Of a stretch of DNA of 64,000 nt, positions 41,596 to 54,100 are shown in pieces. The stretch spans positions 14,384,001-14,448,000 of the forward strand of contig CM106586.1 of assembly GCA_048013815.1 (NCBI GenBank), read 5' to 3'. Source of the DNA: Setoptus koraiensis. Taxonomy: Eukaryota > Animalia > Arthropoda. The notes under the pieces were generated by a model that had not been told where the DNA came from, did no database searches, and was given only the letters and a program-made list of their open reading frames with translations. The translations under genes were made by a program, and so were the position numbers. Every line of letters begins with the position of its first letter. Within the stretch, counting starts at the first letter, position 1.

Positions 41596-43297
41596 ACCAC
41601 ACCATTTACCGCAACAATCTGAACCACCTGAAACGAAAATGATTGAAACGCTCACATTGAACCGCCGACCATGCGAAAACAATGACAATGACGATGAACA
41701 CTGTACAAATTGCCTCAAATCAATCTCTACTACCACCACAACCACCACCATGAACAATATTAATATCAACAACTACATCATTAACAACACCATCAATATA
41801 ACCCAACAAAAACAAAATAATCGCCGTCGGCGCCAATCAATGTTCGCCACTACCACTACCACCACCACCACCACTACTAATTTGATTGCGACCACGTCGT
41901 CGTCGTCAACAATTCGCGCAACAACCTGCAAACAACAACGTCCCTTAAACCGGCGCCGATCTACACAAATCATAAACTACGCGTCTACCATCAATCAACA
42001 ACTAATGCAACAACAACAACAACAACAACGACGACGCTTCACCGTTGTTAGAGACAATCCATTCGATAGTGATCTGGATCACGATCTAATTCATATCAGG
42101 CAAAGACAGCAACAACAGCACAACAGTGCTGATGCCGCAAACAGCAACAACCCATTCAACCAAAGTGCCGAATTCGGGCCAGACTTTCGTCATCTACTGT
42201 ACAACATGATTTGTAGTTTACTGACTCAAGATGATGCAATATTAAAATCACATTCTGTAACAAATATCATGAACATTTTGGACAGACATTTAAGCATAGC
42301 CAATAAGCAAAAAAAAGCGCACAACAACAACAGCAACAACAAAGTCGACACACTTGTCACTACCGGTTGCGACAGCTTGTTGCATCACAACAGCACACAG
42401 GCACAGTCACAACAACAATACAAGACTCAGATTGTGTTGGCAACAACCGATGACGACGACGACCACCGGACCCCGATTGACCGTGTTGTTCACTGTGATA
42501 ATGATAATGAAAAATCAGACAATGATGACATTACCGTTACAATAGAAACGGCTTGTGATAGTGGCAGACAAGCCAACATTTCGGACCAGAAACAAACACT
42601 CAACATATCGTCACAGAATCTCATGATTTCCAACAGTCAAGATGAACAGGCCGCCATACGAACCATTGAGCAGTGTCGCTGGTCGTTTGGCCACGAAGTG
42701 ATGCTTCTCGATCTGTCTTCGCATAAATCCTCGGGCTGCTGTGCCAGCTCCAAATGTGCCAGCTCCAAATGTGCCAGCTCCAAATGTGACATCTCTAAAT
42801 GTGACAGCTCTAAATGTGGCAGCTCTAAATGCGCCAGCACCAGCCAACAACAAATTGCTCATAAATCATCCACTTCGAATGATAGCGCCTGCTCGGTTGG
42901 TTATCACGATCGAGAAAGGTATCAAGCCCATAGAAGCAGTTCCAATGATCGGGACGACAATGACCATCACGATCAACGTGCACTGGTCCAGCAAAGCCGT
43001 GTTAATTCGCAAGTTGACAGTATTGGGGCACAGTGCATCAGCGATAATGACGATGATGATGACGACAGTGACTTTCTATTGTCCTATTTCAACGAAACGG
43101 GTCAGTATGAACCGGCAAAGAGGCGCGTAAAACTAGAGTGGAGTCTCAACAAATTGATAGATTATGAAATGAAAATGGATTGGCTCGCCAGTACAGACAG
43201 TCTAAAAAGATCAATTCGCAAGTCGGGTATACCAAGCGAAATAAGAAACAAAGTTTGGTTTATGCTCATCGATCAGACCATAGCAAACAAGTATGAC
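41596..43297 (+). CDS. TBC Rab-GAP gene, exon 2 (low-complexity region plus start of TBC domain)
   Basis: Ends LKRSIRKSGIPSEIRNKVWFMLIDQTIANKYD (TBC GIP..R..VW motif); donor GAC|GTAAGT, phase 0. Confidence 0.88.
42740..42838 (+). repeat. In-frame 15-nt tandem repeat encoding (C-x-S/I-S-K) x6.6
   Basis: TGTGCCAGCTCCAAA x3 followed by variants, giving CASSKCASSKCASSKCDISKCDSSKCGSSKCAS. Confidence 0.9.
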
Positions 43298-43422
43298 GTA
43301 AGTGGCCGTAATAACTTGAATCATGATAAATTGTGAGTGTGATCGATCAGTACAATCATGATGATAATTGTTCCGTTATTCCCCTATTATATCATGCGCC
43401 ATATTTATTGCGCCACAATTAG

Positions 43423-43566
43423 GCCAAAATGTTACTTAGTTTGGCCGAGGAGAGCCTCAAGCATCCACTGGACAATCCAGATATAGGCTCCGTAATAAAA
43501 CAAATCGATTTGGACGTCAACAGAACAATGCCTGGTCACAAACTGTTTGCGGAAGGCGCCGAAGGG
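43423..43566 (+). CDS. TBC Rab-GAP gene, exon 3 (arginine finger)
   Basis: TAG| ... |GTATGT, 48 codons, KQIDLDVNRTMPGHKLF (IxxDxxR motif). Confidence 0.9.
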
Positions 43567-43698
43567 GTATGTTTGTTTTAACCGATACTTCCTTGACACT
43601 ACCAATTTGATCGTGCTGCATCAGGCATTTAATCCAGAAGTATATATATATTGTTACTCCTATTCATTGTGACACCATGGGCCCGATCATGGTGCCAG

Positions 43699-43756
43699 GG
43701 CACGAAACTGAGGCTCATCCTTGCCGCCTACAGCATTCATGTCAACAGAGCGATAG
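43699..43756 (+). CDS. TBC Rab-GAP gene, exon 4
   Basis: CAG|GGC...ATAG|GTGAGA; GTKLRLILAAYSIHVNRAI. Confidence 0.85.
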
Positions 43757-43888
43757 GTGAGAACAAGAAACACTCTCTGAGAGAGACATTATGCCAACAT
43801 TATGCTACCAACAATTATGATCATCACTGTTCAACAACCATAACCATCGTGTCACTTTTCAACAATCTATCAACCGGTGCGGTAGTAG

Positions 43889-43964
43889 CCTACTGTCAAG
43901 GATTCAATTTCATAGTGGCCCTACTATTGAGCATATTTGGAGGGGACGAGCAACGATCGTTACT
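43889..43964 (+). CDS. TBC Rab-GAP gene, exon 5 (glutamine finger)
   Basis: AYCQGFNFIVALLL (YxQ motif); donor CT|GTGAGT, phase 2. Confidence 0.9.
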
Positions 43965-46900
43965 GTGAGTAGCCAACATAATAATACAGTATAATAATAC
44001 AGTAATCTCTCTGTGTCCGCGCTGCATTGACGAGCGCAAACAGACACTCCGAACACCTATTTACCTTAGGTAAATTACCTGTCTGCTCAAACAGCAACTG
44101 CCGGAGTTGCAGGCAAATATTTAACTTTAGCCTTGACTTGTGGCATTCACATTGATTACAATAGGTTACTTGCTGCTTATACACACACAAGCACACATTA
44201 CTTTTATTAGTATTATTTTGAGGCGATTTTGATAGCACCGAACAAACGCAATTCTCTCGTTGCAATTTTGTTACTGTTCTGTACTGTTGACCCAGTTGGC
44301 GCGTTGCGCAACACGTGATATAAGCGCCATAATACGTTATGCGCTAACCGGATGCTCGTTTAGCATATTGCACCGGTTGTTTACTAACCATGCTAGCATA
44401 CTTGTCAGTGTGAGCACACAAAGTTGCATGTTGATGATAACATTTGATTGAGTTGATGGGTTTGTTTGGCCAACGTGAGTCACTTCGATGCGATGTCCAC
44501 ATGTTGATGCGCCAAAATTGCGTCACGTTATTTCAGCCAGTTCAAACTCATCGTTTCAACTGGCTCAGATATACAAACGAGACAGCAGAATTGAATTGTT
44601 CGTTTTTCTGTTGCGCACACGCCAAACTCAAACATCCTCCTTATTTTAGGCCGTCATCATTTTGTTGAGCTTCTCTAGCGCGACACGGTGCGTGTTTATT
44701 CGCCATCATTGTGACAAGTTTAACTCTCAAAGCTTACAAAGCTTGTTAGTGTTTGCACGTGCTGCGACAATGCTCGTTGCTTGTGTCTGAACACTTCGTA
44801 AGGTTGATTTTGTTTTTGAATCAAGGTCACTTCTAATGTGTGAGTGAGCGTTATAATGATGACGATGTTCTCGTCGGCTCTATATCGTCGGCAGTATCTG
44901 TTTGGATGAGTTTTTGAGTGAATTTTGTTGCCTTAATTTTTGTGCTAGTTTGATTCAATGGCCGAACAACAATTATGAATGACACACATCGCTATTCATT
45001 GCGCAACCATCCAGTGGCCATGTGTTGCGTAACCACGAAAACTGTGATGGTCATCGTGAGCCGCGGATTGAGACGCGGGCCTGTGTTGCTGCAATGACAT
45101 TGCAGTGGCCGGCCAGAGCGTGACAAAATGACCGGTAGCCAGTAGCCATATAAACAATACGTATACTAGGTGTAGAATAGGATGGAGCGTATCGGCCAAA
45201 TATCTAAAATATCGCCTTTTATATTTTAAAAGTTGTCAAATTCAAAGTTCATCGACTGAGATTATGTCATCAACCGTTATAAGGTTTTGAGCAGTTTTGT
45301 GTTATGGTTGCAGCATCGATATTCGCACCATTGATAATGCGCGAATGTGAAAAAGGAAACTCGCTGCTAACATGCCTTGCTACTGTTACAATGGCCGATT
45401 TACCTGTTGTAGGGGCGCTTATGCAACACAACAGCACGCAACAAAACGAGAGTTCACCAGAGTTTTCGTTATGCAGTTTCGTTGGCCGTTCAGCCGGGCT
45501 CAATGCTGCCCACTGAGTGCCAAGGGCAACGCACAAAGAAAAGATTACTCTCACTTCCTAACTTCCTTTTGTTGTTCCGTTTGCACGTCCTGTTGCACCA
45601 GTCACTGCACTACCGCTCAACGTGTTGTACGTGTTGCACGTGCGTGCACCACACAAATCTTCTTATGCGTTTTACATGCATTAAATGTGTGTGTGTGTGT
45701 GTGTGTCAGCAAAAGTGATGGTCATTGGCCGGCAATGTGCCGGCACCCATAGCGTGCACCAATAATTCACCGTTTGTCGTGCGCCCTCTTTTTTGGTTGT
45801 GCATTTCCTTGGTCGCGCTGACCTGTGCTAGCTGATTTGGCTGTGACACACAAGAAAACAATTATTTTCCAAGTGTCACCTTGTTTCTATTATTGTTTTG
45901 GCGCATATTGAATTGCATTGCACGGGCCAGGTAGCGTTGCAATGGGCCGGCAACAGCACAACTGACAAATGTTGTTTGGTGCATGTTGATTTCGGTCGGC
46001 CCCGTATGATGTAACGTGTGTATTATGTCATATCAGCTTTCTTATGGGCGCTATGTGAGCCATTAGAAAAGGTGAGCGCGCCGTTCGGTCACTGATCCTT
46101 GTGTTTCCTGTTTCCACTGTTTGCCGCTGCTGCATTCTGACCGCTGCTGCATTGCCAATGCAGCAGCGCGCAAGTAAGCCATCGATTGAATTGTAACCAA
46201 ACTATTGCGCAACTGTTGTGATCAGTGTGTGTGTGTCGCCAAATCGGATATGAAATATCGGATGTCACTGTTGCAATGCCGTATGTTTCCGTTGTCTGAA
46301 TCAGGTTGTTGGCGCTGCTTTCACTGGTGCTGTGCGATCGATTGTTACACTTTGTTTGTCGTTGTTGCCTGGCTGGCTGGCTTGCACGAGCAGTTGCACG
46401 TTGTTTCACGTGTTGTGAGTCACGCAACACGTGAGTGTAGTCAGACCAGCACTGTGGTGTTACCTGGTTCAAGTTGCATCGCTCCAGTCTTACGTCTTGT
46501 GCAGCGTAGTGTGTTGCATGCTCATTGGCCGCTGCACTGCTGAACCCAAATCATACATCACCGGACACACCGACAACCGGATGCTGCTTGGCGCAATCTG
46601 TACAAACATACATGACTGATCACAGTCACCGCTGCTACGCTTGATACCGATAACAGCCACCAGATGAGAGATGGCGCAATGATTTGGCAATTGTACACAC
46701 ACACACACACACCGGAGCCCCATTTATAACCACTGACCTGTTGATGAGTGAGTGTGATCGTTGTGAGCCGTTTATCTCGAATGGGCACCACCGACAACGA
46801 CCTCGCAATCAATGACCACTGTCCGGCCGCTGCAAATCTTGCGCGCTGGTTCAACGAACTCCGCCACTCACTTTTACCAGTGCCACCGTGGTCAGTCGCT

Positions 46901-47550
46901 TTCACTTACCGGTCACTTTGGCCACACCGGCCACTTTGGTCACTGCGGCCGCTTGGGCCGCTTCGTCCACTTTGGCCGCTTCGTCCACTTTGGCCGCTTC
47001 GGTCACTGACCACTGGGGAATCGATCGTGCAACCGGTTCGTCGATACTTTATTGGCGTCATTTGTGGCGCTCGCGCTCAGCCCATTCTGTTTTTATATAA
47101 TTTATACGCTGTGGTGTGCTCTTGTTTGCGACAATGTTGCACGTTGCGACACTGTTGCACGTGGCCACTCTGTTGCACGTTGCCAAACTGTTGCATCCTC
47201 TTCCTCTCGCTCACTTTCGTCCCTACCAATCGATCCGATCGCAAACTGTTGAACACTCCAGAACAATTCGCGCCGGCGTTACGTTGCCCGATGCAGCCCG
47301 CTGGTCACACATCCTTTGTTTGTCACATCCTTTACTTACGTTCGATCGATCGATGACCGAACATAATGCAAAATAATAACAATTTCCTACTTTCTCTCTC
47401 TCTCTCTCTCTCTCACTCTGCCCGGCACGTGCCAACGCTGTGTGCCGTCACATTGGCGTCATATCACGTATCATTATTATGCGGACATTATGGCACTGTG
47501 AAATGATGACAATATCAAATGCAAATGCAACCCTAAATGTAAATGCGAAG

Positions 47551-47770
47551 TGGCTTCATCTGCATCGTCGAGCACATATTTCCATCAAAATTTTACTTTG
47601 ACCATTACTTAACTGGAGCCAGAGCGGACCAATATCTTTTGGCTGATCTCATCGATGATCAATTAGTGAAAAATTCTAGTCCCACTGAGAGAAAAATGAT
47701 TGAGGGCGTCACTAGCTCTATAACATTGAACTGGTTTATATCATTGTTTCACGGGGCTGTTCCAACAATG
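47551..47770 (+). CDS. TBC Rab-GAP gene, exon 6
   Basis: AAG|T phase 2; GFICIVEHIFPSKFYFDHYLTGARADQYLLADL...SITLNWFISLFHGAVPTM; donor ATG|GTGAGT. Confidence 0.9.
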
Positions 47771-48180
47771 GTGAGTTTATTCAATTTTAATTCAATCGAA
47801 ACTTTGCCAACACTGACCACAATTATTGATTGTGGCACTTGCCGGGGGCCATTGCCAGCAAAAAGCACAACCAAACGACAAGTATGTTATGCATATCATC
47901 ATTGGGTGATTTGCATATTACATTATACATATACTGTTGTGTGATTGCAAACAATACAACAACTAGCAAACAGCCGATAATACATGTTATATATACGTAT
48001 GTATATGCTAGATAATATAGGCTAATAGGTAAGGTAATTTATAATGAGTAAGGTGACAAGTATTTAGGTGCGTTATTAGGTGCTGCTAATTAGTAGATTT
48101 TTATTAATCATAATGTGTTACAATACAATGTGTTATATACAAGTGTCATACAAAAATTGTATATTTGAGGGACACGGTGG

Positions 48181-48630
48181 CTACGTGTAAGTGAGACTGC
48201 AGTGCAATTTGAGTTGTTTGTTTTGTATGAGAGCGTTGAATTGACTTTTAGTAATTTGAACATAATGCTCAAGATCTGCTTCTGTTTGTTTGAGTTCGCG
48301 ATGCAAATCATTGACATTGTCTATGAGCCACTTTTCTACTTCTAAGCGATCCCTTTGCGACACACTCAGCAATTGTTCATGCATTCTTAATTGCTGTTGC
48401 ATAATAGTGTGAAACCAGGAACTGTTGCTATTGATGTTGTTGTTGCTATTGACGTTATTGGTTGGCTTGCTTTTGGTGTGCAGCGGTTGTTGATTAGAGT
48501 AGTCTTTGATGTAAACTATGGGTCTGTTGTTGTCATTTGTTGCTGTTGTGACTATGTAACATTGGACTGTCCAATGTTGAGCCATTGAGGCGAACGCAAG
48601 CGATGTGATTAGAAATGAGGCGAGCAACAT
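48181..48630 (-). CDS. Nested antisense single-exon gene: 149-aa putative secreted protein with C-terminal coiled coil
   Basis: ACAATG start; signal-peptide-like MLLASFLITSLAFASMAQHWTVQC; heptad region RMHEQLLSVSQRDRLEVEKWLIDNVNDLHRELKQTEADLEHYVQITK; minus-strand AATAAA at 48100-48105. Confidence 0.6.
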   Translation of the reverse strand: MLLASFLITSLAFASMAQHWTVQCYIVTTATNDNNRPIVYIKDYSNQQPLHTKSKPTNNVNSNNNINSNSSWFHTIMQQQLRMHEQLLSVSQRDRLEVEKWLIDNVNDLHRELKQTEADLEHYVQITKSQFNALIQNKQLKLHCSLTYT

Positions 48631-48687
48631 TGTGTGTGTGTTTATGTGTAGTGTGGCGATATTGGTTTGTGTGCTGCTTGTGCTGAC

Positions 48688-48739
48688 TAAACTCACTCTG
48701 ACGAGCCGATAAACTCACTCTGACGAGCCGATAAACTCA
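48688..48739. repeat. 22-nt tandem duplication TAAACTCACTCTGACGAGCCGA x2.4
   Basis: Perfect copies, just upstream of the nested gene on its own strand. Confidence 0.9.
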
Positions 48740-51064
48740 AGTGACGCTCAACTAATCAAATGGTCAAATGAGATGCTACGATGATGCAACCACGATGAAT
48801 AATGACGCCGCCGCTGAATAATAATGATCGAATGCGCCTTCACAGCTATCGATTAGTGTGTGATGTGGATTTGGATGGATACGATGATTTTATGTTGTGT
48901 GGATGATATCGGCTTTTGATGCGCCAACTGGCCAGATTGTGCAACGATAATAAGAATAATGTTGCTGCTGGATATGGTTGTGATGCAATGTTGTTGTGGC
49001 GATATAGTTGTGGCGATATAGTTGTGGCGATGCTCATTAGTTGCGACTGCTTTTGAACTGGTCAAGTTGGCACGACGACGACCGACATCGGAATGACGAG
49101 CAACGACGATTTGTGTCAAACTCGAGACTCGACTCGATGATGTCACCCATGCGCAAGTCGGTTGGCATGGCAACATTATAGTTTGTTTGTAACAACCACA
49201 TGTGCGCGCACAACATGCGCACAACACCACAATTCGGGGGTCGTCGACCAGAGAGTGGCTGTCACTTTCGAACTCGGTTGCACCACTGCTCACTACTGTC
49301 CAATATTCATCATGCCGGGCCCACCAATATTTGGCACGCGCCCCAATGGCGACCAATGATCAATTTTGATCATGTGCCAATCGATGGCTTGCACGGCCCA
49401 TCCCCTCGAAGCCGGGCAACTTGTGAGTGTGGCCGCCAGGGGGCACGCATTAAAACTGTTCATTTATTTATACATTCGTTATTTATGTATTCGTTCGCAC
49501 TACCAAGCACACAATGGGCCCCAGTTGCTGGTATGAGCTCACACAGTGACTGGTGTAAGGAGCAGCGCAACGTTACACACGTTGGACAAAAGTAAAAGTC
49601 GCCACCAGCAGAAACGAGCGCAACGCCGCCTATCGTCCGACGTGCCGATATCAACGGGCCCGTTTATGCGGTACATGGTATTATTATTATTAGTAGTGGT
49701 AGTATTTGTAGTATACGGCTCATAGTTCACGCCATGGCAGAGTTACACTCAAAGCAACACGTTACATAACGTTATGTTTGTACGCCATTGTACAGTAATA
49801 TATTGTACAGTAATATATTGTATAGTAATATATTGTTTGTATGGCTTGCTTGACGCTGGCGCGAGTGTTGATTGACAAATTTATTGCGCGTCGAGTGTAC
49901 GACGAGGCCACCATTGTGCTGCGTTATTGTTGTTGTGTCACACGGGCATAACTGTTGTCAATAAGTGGGCATGCCAATTATTGTTGTCCAGTTCATATAC
50001 ATACTTAATCATAGTAGCGCAATGTGTGTGTCATATGGTGCGCAACAGTTACGCAAACGATGATGCGCACATGCCATAACTGGTGGCGCACCAGGCGCCG
50101 CTATGCAAATAGGATTAATGATGCAAGTGCCAGTGACAATTGCGAGCAATTGCGGGCCTCTATTCAATGTTGTTCGCCAGTTCAATGTCGCCACTAACGG
50201 GCCAGCAGATCGGTTGGCCAGCGATGATTCGCGTAATGATTGCGCGATCAATTCGAGTGCAATGCGCATGTAATAACACGTAACAGTTACATGTGTTGGG
50301 TGTTGCATGTGTGCTGCTGGTAGTTGCACAACAGTTGCGGCAGTTGTCGCCGACTGACAGTGAGACGCAGAGTCAAAAGTTAATCAATGCCACCACTAAT
50401 TTGCATATTGGTGCGCGCATACATGACAGCACACGACGCACTTGAGTTCATCGACGGGGCACGACAGCGACAACAACAACGACAACAACAACAACGACAA
50501 CGACAACGGGCACGACAGCAGCCACTCGACGACACACGCGGCCACGGAGCGACGGCAACGCAGTGCGATGCGTCATGCAACATGTATCTATATTTTGATT
50601 ATTATTAGACCAATAAATTTCGGCAGCAACAAGAGTGCGGCTCGTCGCCCATCGGCTCACTGACAGCGACAGTGCAGCCATCGACTGACAGCCACTGGCC
50701 GGCGGCCACACTGTTCAACAGTGACTGTTGCGCCTTGTGCACACGCACACACCGATGACCTTTGACGCGTGCTCACCTGACCACGTGTTGCTATTCTATT
50801 GTTGGCATGATTGGCCAATGTGAGCCTGTCATGTGTGTTACGTGCTGTATGACATGCGCGTTGTCTGTGGCGCATGTGCGCCCATGTGACACATCGTCTG
50901 CGTACGTCACACAGTCTGCATGATGACGCACGCAGCGGCCTGTGTGACTGTATGACATCAGTGACAGCAGTGACATCAGTGACAGCAGTGACAGCGGCCA
51001 CAATTGTGCACTCGACAACCAGCTGACGGCCGATCGGCGCTTGCGCAGCGGCCATCGGTAAGCC

Positions 51065-51135
51065 GCAGTAAGTTACTGACAGTAACTTACTGCCAGTAAG
51101 GATGAATTATTGCGGCCAGCCTGGCGCAATAATTC
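51065..51135. repeat. Two adjacent inverted repeats (14+1+14 perfect; 15-bp stem with one bulge)
   Basis: GCAGTAAGTTACTG-A-CAGTAACTTACTGC at 51065-51093; GAATTATTGC-G-GCCAG-C-CTGGC-GCAATAATTC at 51104-51135. Confidence 0.9.
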
Positions 51136-54100
51136 GCAATGGGCCGCACATAATTCATGCTCATAATGCCCTCATAGCGCCCAAGATATTATCTGTGCCG
51201 CACAGACACAACGATGATGTGTGATACAGTGACCCTCGTGTTACCTTCGTTCTGCAGAGATGACAGAGAACGGAGACGACAGAGAACAGAGATGACAGAG
51301 AACGGAGATGATGGCAGCGCGGCCACAAGGCCAACACCACCGAACGAACAGAACGAACAGAACGAACAGAACGCCAACGCGCGTCCAGTGGCCGCAATCG
51401 ACGGACGGCACGAGCGGGCAGATAGACGCGATTGCATTGTATTTATCATTATTGTTGGCGGCGTGAGCGGCGCGGTGCTCACTTGAGCGTAACTGTACTC
51501 GTACGTTGCCGTTCTCGTGCCACACGCCGTTCGCAGCGTTCGCAGCGCTCGAAGCGTTCGAGGCGCTCGAAATGTTTAAAATGTGCAAGTTGCATCAGGC
51601 ACCACCCACGCTTCGCCGCGAGCCAGCACCAACGCGAGCCGCACATGAGACCGATGCGAGCCGCACGCGCAACCGGTGCGAGCGTTTTGTCGCTCGTGTG
51701 TGTGTGTCATCTCTGGCACATGGGCCGCTAACCAATGATGTATGAATGGGTGCGGCTTGGTCATTCACCTTTTGCGCCGCGTCGTTGGTTCGGTTGCGAG
51801 CTGGCTCGCGTTGGCACTTTGTGCCGTTCATATTTGTGCAAATCGCACCATCGGTACGCCGGCTCGATATGCGCAGTATAGCGTATATAAGCGATTGGAG
51901 GGGGCGACACGAGGGCCTCGTGACGAGGCAACAAGTTAGTTGCGGTCAAGCGGCGCGCGGGCACCGGCGGACGATCGATTGTTGAGCCGCTGGCCGGAGT
52001 GGTGGCCAGCGTTGTTTGTGGGCCGCTCTATTAGCAACTCTTGTCGCTCTGTTTGTGTCACGCTTAATTGTTGAATCATCGTCGTTCGCGGTTCCAATCG
52101 ATTGGCCACTGTCTCTGTGCTCTGAGCCGCCGCTCTCTGTGCTGTCGGTCTCTGCGCTGTCGGTCTCTGAGCTGCCGGTCTGTGTGCTGTGGGTCGCCGC
52201 TTGCTGTCGGCTGTGCCGCTTGTTTGCATTGGGGTCAGCGAACTGGCATCGGCACAACCGACTGGTCAGCAGGCTGGCCAGCCGACCGATCGACTCCACT
52301 GAGCACAGTGATAGCGCCCCCCAAAAAGTAACAAACGCGCCAGTTAGAAAGTGATTATTTGCATTGTTTACAAACAGCACACGACAAAGCAACAGATAGT
52401 GAGAGTTGACCACTGGCCACCTCGGCCACTTCGGCCGCATTGGCCACGCTGGCCGCATTGGCCGCACTGAGGCCCAGCCCGGCGACTGACCGGTTGACAG
52501 CAACGGGTCAGTCGTGTTGCTGGGGTTGGTAGCGGTGCGTCGCGGTGAGTCTGTGGGCGCCAGTGGCGCGCCTCCACCGTGTAGCGGCACTCACGTCCAC
52601 TCGACCGGGCCGCTCGGTTGCTGCAACCAACTCAATGCAATCAACAATGACAAACAATCCGAATGTGGATAGGTGATGGAGGTCGCATGGCTGCTGCAAC
52701 TAGCGCCAATACACTCAAATTGGCCAAATATGCCGTTGACGTTGATTGCCGCAGCGCCCAAAAACAACGAGCGGCCAAAAGCAGAAGCTCAGAATGGTGA
52801 CAATAAGAGTAGCAGCGGCAGCGGCAGCGCAGTATCAGTAGGGGTAACAGTAATAGTAACAGTAGGAGTAACAGTAATAGTAACAGTGACAGTACAACTG
52901 GGCTAGCGACATCCAATCATCAATCATCGCTGACCTCAGCCTTGTGTGTGTGTGTGTGTGTTGTGTCAAGGTGGACCGTTTAACAATGCGCTTATGCGGT
53001 CGCTAATGACCCCACGTATCGGCCAGTTGGCGTCGGTCAGTTTGTGCGGCTAGCGGTCAGTTTGTGCGGGCGCGGGTCACTTTTGCCGACTCGTGGTGCG
53101 CAGTTGAACGGTCAGCGGGAACGGTCAGCGGGAAAGGGTTGCAACAGTGTATAACTGTCACACTCATATTTGCTTGCTCGCGGGGGCAGCTGTCAGTGGC
53201 GACGAATGTGAATTGGCCCGTTTAACGGATTGGCATCGCAAACCGTTGTCACTGTTGTTGTGGCCCATGCACGAAATGACCATATCAACTAGCGGCTACT
53301 GGTCGCATTTGCTCGGGCCGCACTTTCTGTCGGCCCGAGGGGGCGCACCTAAAAAGCTGCCTAATGGGCTCTGTGTTGGGGCCCGCAAGTAGGGCCAAAT
53401 AACGGGCACTTGTTGCTGGTGGTGGCCGCCAGAGCACGACGCTGGCCAAAATCCATTATTGTGGTCGTGCAGCTTGCGGCGATCGCGACACCACTGACCT
53501 TGCTTGCTGAACTAAATGTGCCCGATTGTCGCAGATGAGCAGCGCCGGCGCTGCTTTAGTTGGCCGCTCGTTGTTGGTATCGTTGGTTGGTTGTTGGTAT
53601 CGTTGGTTGGTTGTCCGATCGCTGGTATCGTTTGCCGAACAACGGAGCAGCAGCCGCTCCTGTTGGTCCAGTGGGCCCACTTGGCTTCGGCGCGCAGTCA
53701 GTGATCTGTTCGATTTGGAACGCCAACTCGAACGCCAACTCGCACTGCAACTCGAACAGAAGCAGCAGATGACACGCGCAAAAAGTGTCGCGCTCATCGC
53801 TGGTATTGGCAGCAGTATTCACGGTGGCACATTCATAACTGTTGATCACGCCAGAGAAGCCAAACCAGCCTCAATAGCCCGAACAGCCCGAACAGTGGCC
53901 GAACAGTGGTTATTTATAGACATTGTTGTCGCTGGCAATATCGTATATTATCATCATGATGATACATTGATTATTGGGGCGCTTGCTGCATTGCTGAGCC
54001 TATCAATGAGCCTATCAATGAGCAATCAGTTGTTGGCGCGCATTTGTTGGCCTGTTAAGCAATGTAAAGTTGTAAAGTTTGCTGTTGTAATGTTGTTGTA

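Noticed and set aside
44528-44575. Pre-miRNA hairpin (AGCCAGTT..AACTGGCT)
   Set aside because: The stem is only about 17 bp with mismatches, too short, and no known mature miRNA is recognised.
48688-48739. Tandem minimal hammerhead ribozyme (CTGACGAG...AAAC)
   Set aside because: The core requires GAAA after stem II; the sequence has GATAAA, no stem II and no matching NUH cleavage helix.
51946-52590. 214-aa minus-strand ORF and other 100-200-aa ORFs in the TBC introns
   Set aside because: Built from short tandem duplications in GC-rich sequence, with no domain, no ATG context and no splice logic.
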